From: Candidatus Hydrogenedentota bacterium
Lineage (GTDB): Bacteria; Hydrogenedentota; Hydrogenedentia; Hydrogenedentales; JAEUWI01
Assembly (NCBI GenBank): GCA_034669905.1
Contig: JAXMOL010000040.1
Location: 14,411-78,410 of the forward strand
Length of the DNA: 64,000 bases
Reading direction: 5' to 3'
A model generated the notes under the pieces. That model was given only the letters and a program-made list of their open reading frames with translations. It had not been told where the DNA came from and did not search any database. The stretch's first letter is position 1. Every line of letters starts with the position of its first letter. Positions 10,555 through 19,246 of the stretch are shown piece after piece. Made by a program: the position numbers and the translations under genes.

Positions 10555-11273
10555 AGAAACGTGCCCGATCAGGCTTCACCCTCGTTGAGCTGCTGGTGGC
10601 TACACTCCTGCTGACCCTCGTCATGACCGCGGTGTATACCCTCTTTTCCACCGTGATTCAGTCCTGGCGCTCCATGGAAGACGATGGGAACCTGCACCGT
10701 AAAGCCCGACACGCCCAGTCCCTGCTGCAGCGGGACTACGCCAACCTGTTTGGTGCGGCAGCGCACCTCATGGAGGGCAACAGCGACGGGTTGACCTTTT
10801 ATATCGTCGCAGCCCCCTTGGCCCCTGAAGCAGGAACGTCGCCCCAGCTCTTGCAGCTACGCTATCGCTTCGACGAGGCTACCGGCAAACTCTATCGGGA
10901 AGAGGCCCTGGTGTCTGCCCCCCTTCCTACGCCCGGGCAGGTGGAAGCCGGTGGCCCTATTGCACCGGAGGATCTTGAGACGTACCCCCCGCAGGTAATC
11001 GCCCGAAACGTCCGTCGTGTTTCCTTCGCCTATGTCTGGATGCCCCAACCCGAGGGAGCCTGGTGGCGCAGTTCACCCGAGACCATCACCCCCCTGATCG
11101 CCCGCTACCATCGGCCCTTGTGGGGGCTTCCCCAGGCGCTCGATGTGCACCTGGAGTTTGCCCCGGTCGAAGGAGAGCTCCCCCATCAGACCACGCTGCG
11201 ACTCCTTACCCGTGCCCCCAACCAGCGGCGCGAGCGGTACCAATTGGAAAATATCCTGGGAGACGCGTTATGA
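10551..11273 (+). CDS. Minor pseudopilin, GspJ-like
   Basis: Prepilin motif GFTLVELL; C-terminal GLPQAL motif; operon order. Confidence 0.75.
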   Translation: MKKRARSGFTLVELLVATLLLTLVMTAVYTLFSTVIQSWRSMEDDGNLHRKARHAQSLLQRDYANLFGAAAHLMEGNSDGLTFYIVAAPLAPEAGTSPQLLQLRYRFDEATGKLYREEALVSAPLPTPGQVEAGGPIAPEDLETYPPQVIARNVRRVSFAYVWMPQPEGAWWRSSPETITPLIARYHRPLWGLPQALDVHLEFAPVEGELPHQTTLRLLTRAPNQRRERYQLENILGDAL

Positions 11274-12235
11274 AACACCGCCCCCATGGATTTGTTCTGG
11301 TAACGGTACTGTGGGTCGTCGCTTTATTGGCCGTCATTACTATTTCCTATCATCACCGCGCCCGCCTCGAGTTGCGCGCCGCCCGATACAGCCTCGACAG
11401 CGCACAGGCCCGTATGACTGCACGGGCTGCCCTCGAACGGGGATTGGTCGCCCTGCGCAACAAAACCATGCTGGAGCACATGGCACGACCCGCCAACCCG
11501 GCGAACGTGAGCCCCCACACCCACCACGGGCAAGCCTGGGCACAGCCCCAGGACCTCTATTCCGCGGTCGGCCAATTGAAGCCCGGCGAAGGCTTTGAGC
11601 AAGACGTGGCAGAATACCGGATAACCGATTTGGAGAGCCGTTTCAATATCAACGAGTTGCCAGAAGATATCCTCGCCGCCTTGCCCGGCATGTCCCGCCC
11701 GATTGCCCGTCGCATCCACTACCGGCGCGAGGGCGACTCCGACGCCGGGGCTCCTCCCCAACTCTTCCAACACGTCTCGGAATTGCGGCAGATTCGGGGC
11801 GTCGATGACGAGGCCTGGCGGGGTGCGCAGGATGAGCCCGGTCTCCGGGATGTCCTCACCACCTACGGAGACGCCCTGGTCAACATAAACACCGCACCAG
11901 CATCCGTTCTGGAAGCCCTCCCCGAGGTGGATCAGGGTGCCGTCGCAGACCTCATTCAAGTCCGCAATGGACCGGATGGGGTCCCCCACACCGCCGATGA
12001 TCGCGGTTTCGCGGATTGGGAATCCTTCCGCACCGCGACCCAAATCGACGGACGCAGCCTTGCAGCCTTCCAGCGATTTTGCAAGTTCAATTCCAACTAC
12101 TTTAAGATTAGCGCTATGGCGACACGACGTGGCGGCATGATTCGTTCTCAATGTAGTGCCATCGTTTATGTACCCGACGGTTCCAACGTGGCCAGTCTAC
12201 TCTCGTGGTCGGAGGAATCTCTTGGCTCTCCCTGA
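11270..12235 (+). CDS. gspK: Type II secretion pseudopilin GspK
   Basis: GFVLVTVLW (no Glu5, as in GspK); DLESRFNIN, SELRQIRG and VNINTAP motifs. Confidence 0.85.
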   Translation: MKHRPHGFVLVTVLWVVALLAVITISYHHRARLELRAARYSLDSAQARMTARAALERGLVALRNKTMLEHMARPANPANVSPHTHHGQAWAQPQDLYSAVGQLKPGEGFEQDVAEYRITDLESRFNINELPEDILAALPGMSRPIARRIHYRREGDSDAGAPPQLFQHVSELRQIRGVDDEAWRGAQDEPGLRDVLTTYGDALVNINTAPASVLEALPEVDQGAVADLIQVRNGPDGVPHTADDRGFADWESFRTATQIDGRSLAAFQRFCKFNSNYFKISAMATRRGGMIRSQCSAIVYVPDGSNVASLLSWSEESLGSP

Positions 12236-13649
12236 TGCCGCAATAACCCTGGTGCAGTTGGATGGGACTGCGACAACATCGCTCCGGATTGTTCCCGGGG
12301 CTCCGTTCCCTGCCCAGATCCACTATTCGCCCGAGGGCACTTTACCCCTCCCGCAAGACCCATCCCACGACGCCCTCACTCCGTGCATCATCCTGCTGCC
12401 ACGACACGAAGTAACCCTCCGTATTTTGACGCTGCCCAGCCAGGACCCGGCTGAAATCGCGGCGATGGTGCAATTCGATGCCGCCGACTCGGTCCCCTAC
12501 CCCATTGATGAGATGGAAATTCGCCATGAGCTCCTCGCGCCCCTTCCCGGTGGCGAGTCACGCGTGCTGGTGGTCTTGCTCCAGCGCGCGAAAATGAACG
12601 AAGACATCGCGGCCCTTCAGCGCGCCGGCGGGGAAGCCATTGACGTGGTGCTCAGTAGCATGTGCCTCGTCGCGGCGGCGGGTGAAGCAACGGCGTCCAC
12701 AGGCGATGTGGCCATCCTGCATGTCGACCGTTCCTCCCTGGAATTGGTCGTAGTTCGACAAGGGATCTTATCCTTCAGTCGCGCCATTACCCAGGCCGCG
12801 CCATGGAACCTGGAGGATCCCCACAGCCGGGAATCCCTGACCTATGAGGCCCGTGAGCTTCTGGGAGCCTACCGACGGGAAAGTGCCGATGGCTTGGGCG
12901 TCGAAGAAGTCCATATCAGCGCCACCGGTCTGCCCGCCGAAAGCATCGCCACCCTCCTGGAGGACGCCCTGGGAAAACCGTGTCCCCTGGCCGAATTTCT
13001 CCCCGAGTTCAACACTACGACGGGACCCGGTCCCGCAACCTTTGCGGGGGCCTACCGCCTCTATCAGGCAGAAGGCCCCATGCCCTTGTCCCTCGCACCA
13101 CCCGGTTTGGCACGCCAACGTACCCTGCGGCGTGCGCAAGCAGGTATTCGACAGGCCACGTTACTCGTCGGTGTTGTGCTGCTCGCCGCGCTCCTCTGTT
13201 TCGCACAGGCCTGGTGGCAACGACACCAGCTCATCGTAGAACTGGAACGGGAACGGGACATCATTGCCCCCCGTGCGGAAGGTATCGCGGCCAAGCAACA
13301 GGGACTCCGTATCATCTCCCGGCAGGTCGAGCAGGGCGCCTCGTTTCTCGAGATACTCGCGGGCCTCGCCGAAGCGGCCCCCCCATCCGACCTTAACATC
13401 ACGCGCATCCAATATGATCGCGCATCCGGACTTGACGTCTGGGGTCGGGCCACGTCCAAAGACCGGATTCTGAAAGACTTCCTCGGCGGCATCCGCCGGG
13501 AGGCATCAAAGAACCTGGCGCTCTTTTCCCAGGCCCACAGCCTCTACGAGACGGTGGGTACCGAGCGCGATCAGCCCATTGTGAATTATCAGATCACCAT
13601 TCCACTCAGCGAGGAGGACGTCGATGGCACTGCGCCCCCAACTCGCTGA
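12222..13649 (+). CDS. GspL / PilM-PilN-like assembly platform protein
   Basis: Actin-like N-terminal region (LTLPSQDPAEIAAMV..VPY), one TM, PilN-like C-terminus; probable TTG start after GGAGG. Confidence 0.65.
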   Translation: MALPDAAITLVQLDGTATTSLRIVPGAPFPAQIHYSPEGTLPLPQDPSHDALTPCIILLPRHEVTLRILTLPSQDPAEIAAMVQFDAADSVPYPIDEMEIRHELLAPLPGGESRVLVVLLQRAKMNEDIAALQRAGGEAIDVVLSSMCLVAAAGEATASTGDVAILHVDRSSLELVVVRQGILSFSRAITQAAPWNLEDPHSRESLTYEARELLGAYRRESADGLGVEEVHISATGLPAESIATLLEDALGKPCPLAEFLPEFNTTTGPGPATFAGAYRLYQAEGPMPLSLAPPGLARQRTLRRAQAGIRQATLLVGVVLLAALLCFAQAWWQRHQLIVELERERDIIAPRAEGIAAKQQGLRIISRQVEQGASFLEILAGLAEAAPPSDLNITRIQYDRASGLDVWGRATSKDRILKDFLGGIRREASKNLALFSQAHSLYETVGTERDQPIVNYQITIPLSEEDVDGTAPPTR

Positions 13650-14682
13650 ACTCTGGCAACGCCGCAGCCCCCGGGAACAGGTACTCGCCTTCACGGTGCT
13701 GGGACTACTCGCCCTCTTTCTGTCCTTCGCGACCTTGGGCCTCGCCATGCGCACACTGGGGCGTATGGATCGTGATATAGAGCGTCTTTCGACCGACATC
13801 ATCAACTACCACTATCAGATCGCCCGAAGGGACAGCATCGACGCCCGCTTCGCCCAGGTCGCCACCCAACACTCCAGCGCCTGGACAGAATCACAGATCC
13901 GTGACCGTCTCCGATTGGAAATCTATCGCCTGGCCAATCGTGTCCCCCCGGGCCTCGACTCCGATGGCATTCCTTTGAGCACCAATGGCGAAGGTGGGGA
14001 GCTTGTTTCTATCCCCCAGCTGGGCCAAGGTCGCCTGGAAGAAGGGGGCGATGGGTACCGCGAGTACCAGATCTCGGTGCAGATACCACCCGCGCCCGTG
14101 AACGATTTGCTGGCCTACCTGGAACGCCTGCAAAGCAGTCCCCAATCACTTCGGCTCGATCGCGTGGACCTTCGGCGCGATCCCGCCCAGTCCATGCTGC
14201 GCGCCTCCCTCGATATCACACGCATCGTGGTCGACACGCCATTCTTCGATGCTGAGACAGCGTCGACTTCCAGGACGTCACCACCCGACGAAATTCTTCT
14301 CGCCCCCGATGACTGGCAACAGGAAGGCTGTGATGTACAACGGGACACCGACGGGACCTTCACCGTGGTGGCGCTGAATAACCACGGAGAGGCCGCCCTG
14401 CGGCGCACCTTGCCGTCGGGAGCAACCTATGATCTTCAGATGACCGTGGCAACCGAGGGCGCGGCGCAAATCCTCGTGGCTACCGATACGGAAAACTTTT
14501 CGGGAGAAACACGCGGCCCTGTGGATACCGAAGGAAAATGGATGGTCCTTCGCACGCGATTCACCGTACCTGAGAGTCCCCTCGGAGAGGTTGAGCTCCA
14601 CGTCCCTGCCCTTGTCTTCGAGAAAGATGGCGCCCGTCTCCACATTCGTCGAATGACGCTCATAGAGGTACAACCCGCATGA
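13624..14682 (+). CDS. GspM / PilO-like protein with extra C-terminal beta domain
   Basis: N-terminal WQRRSPREQ plus TM typical of GspM; LLAYLERLQSSP ferredoxin-like segment. Confidence 0.6.
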   Translation: MALRPQLAELWQRRSPREQVLAFTVLGLLALFLSFATLGLAMRTLGRMDRDIERLSTDIINYHYQIARRDSIDARFAQVATQHSSAWTESQIRDRLRLEIYRLANRVPPGLDSDGIPLSTNGEGGELVSIPQLGQGRLEEGGDGYREYQISVQIPPAPVNDLLAYLERLQSSPQSLRLDRVDLRRDPAQSMLRASLDITRIVVDTPFFDAETASTSRTSPPDEILLAPDDWQQEGCDVQRDTDGTFTVVALNNHGEAALRRTLPSGATYDLQMTVATEGAAQILVATDTENFSGETRGPVDTEGKWMVLRTRFTVPESPLGEVELHVPALVFEKDGARLHIRRMTLIEVQPA

Positions 14683-15179
14683 CCTTCCGCCACTTCAAAC
14701 AGGGCGCCATCGCGCTCACGGCCCTGTTGCTCCTGCTCACCCTTTATCGGGGCGCCCTTAACCCGATGAATCAGGAGCGGGACGCGCTCAAGCGAGCCCT
14801 CGCGGAAATCCCTGCGCAGGCCCCCCTGGACGATCATCCGGGACAAGACTATGCCCGATTGATGCAACGTATTGACCGTGCCCCCCACCTCTGGCAAGCA
14901 CTGGTGGCACCGCCCCCGGCGCCCGCCGTGGCACCGCCCCCCAAAGCCAGTGCCCCCGATTTGGACGCCATGCTCGCCGATATTCGCGTAAGTAAGGCGC
15001 AAATCGGCACGACAAAGATTAAGATTTTCACCCCCGAATCGCCCCGGGGCGAGTGGATCCGTCTGGGTACCGTCATCAACGGCTGCACCCTGGAATCCTT
15101 TACCGGGGATGAGGCCATCTTCAGCTATTATTGGAAGGCAGGTGACGAAACCTTGCGATTGGCCATACCCCGCGAGTAG
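14679..15179 (+). CDS. GspC/PilP-like membrane-anchored accessory protein
   Basis: N-terminal TM, Pro-rich linker, small beta domain (WIRLGTVINGCTLESF); lies before the secretin. Confidence 0.45.
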   Translation: MTFRHFKQGAIALTALLLLLTLYRGALNPMNQERDALKRALAEIPAQAPLDDHPGQDYARLMQRIDRAPHLWQALVAPPPAPAVAPPPKASAPDLDAMLADIRVSKAQIGTTKIKIFTPESPRGEWIRLGTVINGCTLESFTGDEAIFSYYWKAGDETLRLAIPRE

Positions 15180-15292
15180 ACCAAAACGGGGCAGGGCTGC
15201 GTGGAAGCCGGTAGTATGGTAGAATCGCTCTCTATCGAAGGGTTGAGTGGAGTAATGGGCACGCGTGATGCTTTCGTGCTCGGGACAGGTGT

Positions 15293-18055
15293 GTGGTTAT
15301 GACTGGAATTCTGCGACATAGGCGTTGGGCCTTGCTGGCCATGGTGGCCTTATTGGCTAGTGCATGGGCCATTGCCCAAGGGCAATCTCCCACGTCGCCC
15401 CGACCCCGACCCGACATCCCGGACAATAGCACCGACCCCGTTGATGGCGCATCGGGCGCGCCCACGAACAGTCGCTTTGGCGAAGGCGGACCCCGCTTTG
15501 GCCCAGACACCACCTCCGATGAGGGTGTGAAGAACCCACCCATTCGGCGGGCAACACGCCGAGAATCCCGTGACTCGGGCAGCACCCCGATACGCGCCGT
15601 CACCGGCGGTAAAGTACACAACGCCCCGCCCGCCACGGGCCTCATCATGGGTAACGGTGCAGCTATCCCGCCCGCCAACGCGACCAACCCACCCGCAGGA
15701 CAGGAGCTCAATGTGGTGGGGAACGATAATGCAGCGCGATTCCTGCGCAATACCAACCGCTTCGATGCGATCCTCCAGCGGGAAGTCACCTACGCGCCCC
15801 TCCCGGAGGGCGGTGAGGCCATCATGGAGGTCATTGGCCCCATGAGTGTCTCGGAGTTCATGCAGGACATCCGTATCGCAACGATGTGGAATGTGCTCAT
15901 TTCCGACGCGGTGAAAGATAAGATCCTCGATTTCGCCATTACGAAGGCTACGCCCCAGCAGGCCATGGAAATTCTGAAGTTCCATGACCTCTATTATGAG
16001 TACGACCCGGCCACCGAATACCTCTACGTCATGTCCATCGAGGAATGGCAGGAGCGGGAATTCGGCGACTTGACCCAGCACACCTTCGCGCTGGAGCACA
16101 CCGATGGAGAATATCTCCAGACCCTCTTACTCCCCCTTCTTTCCAGCCGGGGACGAATCATTCTGGACAGCCGTACCCGGCGCATCCACGTGTGGGATTC
16201 GGTCGATAACATTGAACTCATGGAAGCCACGGTCGCCGAAGCCGACGTACCCATGGGAAAACGGGAGTTCAAGGTCGATTTTGCCGATTTTGCCGATATC
16301 CAGGCCGCCATGATATCCATGCTCAGTGCCAACGGCAGCCTCCTTCCCGACAGCCGCACCAGCACGATCATCGTCTGGGACCAACCCGACGTGCTCACCC
16401 GCATGGAAGAGGCCCTCGGCACCATTGATGTGCCCGTCGCTTCCCGTACCTTCTACCTCCAACATGTGCACGCGGAAGACATGCTGGATCACCTGGAAGT
16501 CATGATCTCGGAGCGGGGCGTCATCCAGATCGATCCGCGCTACAATGCCATCATCGTTTCCGACCTGCCCGGCAAACTCGACCGCATTGAAGAGGTGCTT
16601 CAGGCTCTCGATCAGGAACTCGAATCCCGTACCTGGGTCATCGATTATGCCGACCTCGATTTCATTGCAGAACAGATCGAATCTCGCATCCCCCCGGAAA
16701 TGGGCGAGATCATTGTCCACGAAGAAGTCCATCAGATTACGGTAAAAGGCATCCCGTCGCGCCTCGACGAGATTGAGGCCCTCATCAAGGTCTGGGACAT
16801 ACAACGGAAGCAGGTTCAGATCGAGGCCTTCATCGTGGAAGTTGGCAGCGATGTGGAGCGTGAGTTCAATATCAACTGGTCCTACTTCGGCTCGTCAGAC
16901 GGGCGCCCCATCTTCGCCGACGGGGGCACGGGCTTTCAACCGGACGGCGGCAATCTCAATGTCGGCCAGCTTCCCTACACGGTGCCCCTTTACGGTGCCC
17001 TGGAGCTGGATGGTGCGGGCCAGATCGTACGGCCTCTCGTAACCAATACCGCCGGGGAAAATGTCGTCTCCCGGGTAGCGGGCAACAACCTCGCCGTCAC
17101 CCTCGATTATCTGGACCAGAAAAATAAGGCCACCGTACTTTCCTCCCCCCGGGTCGCCGTACAAGATGGCGAGGAAGCTTCCTTCGACCATGCGACCGAG
17201 GTGCCCTTCATCTCCTCCACCACCTTCTTTTCCAATGGCGGCCTGAATAACTTTGGCAACACCAACAACACCAACCGGGTTGAGTTCATTAACGTGGGAA
17301 CGATTCTGCGGGTCCTGCCCAGAATCACCACAAAAGACAATATCCTGCTGGACATCAGCGCCGAAGACAGCACCTTCGTCGAAGTCCGGGTCCTCGCCAG
17401 TGACCAGCAATCCACCATCCCCCAGAAAACGGTCCGTCGCGCCGAAACCCAGCTGCGCATCCAATCGGGCGACACCGTCGTGCTCGGCGGTCTGCGCAGG
17501 GACCGTTCCGGCCAGACCGAGAACCGAACGCCCCTCTTGGGAGATCTTCCCGGCATAGGCCGCCTCTTCCGCTATCCCAATCGCCAATCGGAAAAAAACA
17601 CCCTGCTCATTTTCATCACCCCCACCATCGTGGATGAATTCACCGACCCGGCCGCCGAAATTCTCGCCCGTGCCGAGGAGACCATCGCGGAATCCCACCG
17701 CCACAATCAGAAGAGCTTGTGGGGACGCCTGGCCGCCTCCGTCTCAAGACAGAAAAACGAACTGAGCATCGCCGTCGGGCAGAGTGGTGATATTCATGCC
17801 GAAGGTGAGCGCGCCACCCTCCCCGAACTGGAGACCCTTTTTGCCGAAGCCCCCGCCCAGGTAGGGGTCGTGCTCCGCGCCCACCCCCGGGCACCCGACC
17901 GGATCGTCGCCGCGATTACCGAGCTGGCCCTCGATGCCGACCGCAAGCTGGAATTGGACAAGGATCTCATTCCCCTGATTCCCCGCTACCGCCCGTCCCC
18001 GGCGGAGAGCCCGGAACCCACAACCATTGAGGCATCAACGCCCCTCGAACCATAG
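15293..18055 (+). CDS. gspD: Type II secretion secretin GspD-like
   Basis: Signal peptide, N-domain repeats, QVQIEAFIVEV, VLSSPRV, VGTILRVLPRI, TVVLGGL, PLLGDLPGIGRLF and LLIFITPTIV motifs. Confidence 0.9.
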   Translation: MVMTGILRHRRWALLAMVALLASAWAIAQGQSPTSPRPRPDIPDNSTDPVDGASGAPTNSRFGEGGPRFGPDTTSDEGVKNPPIRRATRRESRDSGSTPIRAVTGGKVHNAPPATGLIMGNGAAIPPANATNPPAGQELNVVGNDNAARFLRNTNRFDAILQREVTYAPLPEGGEAIMEVIGPMSVSEFMQDIRIATMWNVLISDAVKDKILDFAITKATPQQAMEILKFHDLYYEYDPATEYLYVMSIEEWQEREFGDLTQHTFALEHTDGEYLQTLLLPLLSSRGRIILDSRTRRIHVWDSVDNIELMEATVAEADVPMGKREFKVDFADFADIQAAMISMLSANGSLLPDSRTSTIIVWDQPDVLTRMEEALGTIDVPVASRTFYLQHVHAEDMLDHLEVMISERGVIQIDPRYNAIIVSDLPGKLDRIEEVLQALDQELESRTWVIDYADLDFIAEQIESRIPPEMGEIIVHEEVHQITVKGIPSRLDEIEALIKVWDIQRKQVQIEAFIVEVGSDVEREFNINWSYFGSSDGRPIFADGGTGFQPDGGNLNVGQLPYTVPLYGALELDGAGQIVRPLVTNTAGENVVSRVAGNNLAVTLDYLDQKNKATVLSSPRVAVQDGEEASFDHATEVPFISSTTFFSNGGLNNFGNTNNTNRVEFINVGTILRVLPRITTKDNILLDISAEDSTFVEVRVLASDQQSTIPQKTVRRAETQLRIQSGDTVVLGGLRRDRSGQTENRTPLLGDLPGIGRLFRYPNRQSEKNTLLIFITPTIVDEFTDPAAEILARAEETIAESHRHNQKSLWGRLAASVSRQKNELSIAVGQSGDIHAEGERATLPELETLFAEAPAQVGVVLRAHPRAPDRIVAAITELALDADRKLELDKDLIPLIPRYRPSPAESPEPTTIEASTPLEP

Positions 18056-18174
18056 ACACGAAGGCAGAAACACATGGTATACTTGGGGTATACTATGGGC
18101 CTTCGGGGGCGTCGGGCTACGTCGTACCCTTTCCCATCCAAACGAAAACCTTTTACATAATACGGTACCTATCA

Positions 18175-18429
18175 TTGCAATCAGAAAACGACAAAAAGAA
18201 CGCCTCTCCACTCCGCAAAGGTGACCGCGCCTACTACGACAGCCTTTCCGATGAGCAGCTGGACGAACACTGGGCCCAACGGGCGACACTGGGACTCACC
18301 GAAGCCGAGGAAGGCTTCCTGCGTAACCTCGTGCGTAACCGCAAGGGATTCAAACCCGTAGAAGTCCACGTCTCCATCTGTCAGCGGTGTAATCTGCCGG
18401 CCAACAATTGTGCCTGCCTGAACACCTGA
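18175..18429 (+). CDS. Small hypothetical protein with C-terminal Cys cluster
   Basis: Ends CQRCNLPANNCACLNT; TTG start uncertain. Confidence 0.45.
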   Translation: MQSENDKKNASPLRKGDRAYYDSLSDEQLDEHWAQRATLGLTEAEEGFLRNLVRNRKGFKPVEVHVSICQRCNLPANNCACLNT

Positions 18430-18540
18430 GCAAGGCACCCGGGTGGCACGCTCGCTCCCCCTGTGTTATGCTGACGACCGTATCGGCTCCTGTAGAATAT
18501 GAATTCGGCGAGCTCACCCCGTAGCAAGAGGAAATCCATC

Positions 18541-18918
18541 ATGGCTGGCGCAAAAAATGTACTCGGAACTGACCTTCAAAGTTGCTCTCACGACCCCCTC
18601 ACCGGGTTCTACCGCGACGGCTGCTGCAACACAGGGGCTGAAGATCTGGGGCTCCACATCGTGTGCATCCGCGCAACGGAAGAATTCCTGAGCTTCTCAC
18701 GCCAGCAAGGAAACGATCTCAGCACACCCCGTCCCGAGATGAACTTCGCGGGCGTCCAGCCTGGTGATCAGTGGTGTCTTTGCGCCATGCGCTGGAAGGA
18801 AGCGCTCGACGCGGGTATGGCCCCTCCCGTGGTGTTGGAAGCCACCCATATTTCTACGTTGGAATTCGTGAACCTGTCTGATCTACGTGATCACGCGGTG
18901 GACGCCGAGACCACCTGA
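18541..18918 (+). CDS. DUF2237 family protein
   Basis: NVLG..L..CS.DPLTGFYRDGCC, GNDLSTP and GDQWCLCA.RW motifs. Confidence 0.9.
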   Translation: MAGAKNVLGTDLQSCSHDPLTGFYRDGCCNTGAEDLGLHIVCIRATEEFLSFSRQQGNDLSTPRPEMNFAGVQPGDQWCLCAMRWKEALDAGMAPPVVLEATHISTLEFVNLSDLRDHAVDAETT

Positions 18919-19246
18919 GTCCCATTACTCCCCCGCCTTGCCGTCTTTTTTCTACGGAACACCGTCCATGAGCAGGGCCTCGTGGTCCGATGCCCTCCGC
19001 GCCGGGTTCAATTGGGCCGCCCCCATGCCCCGTCCACTCCCCTTTGGTATTGCAACATACCCGATGAGGAAGTCACGAGAACATAGACCGTCGTGATTCT
19101 ACCGCAATTTGCCCCTTCCCGCTCCGTCTAAAGGGGCCGTTCGAATCCATTGGCCTCTCAAAAAACTTCAAGCCCTCCCGGGTTTGCTCCCTACCCGTCT
19201 GCCGACTTCGCCACGTTGGGTACTCATCAATTCGTAACAGAGTTGC

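Noticed and set aside
19130..19225. tRNA-like fragments (GTTCGAATCC on plus; GTGGCGAAGTCGGCAGACG on minus)
   Set aside because: The pieces are on opposite strands and do not form a cloverleaf.
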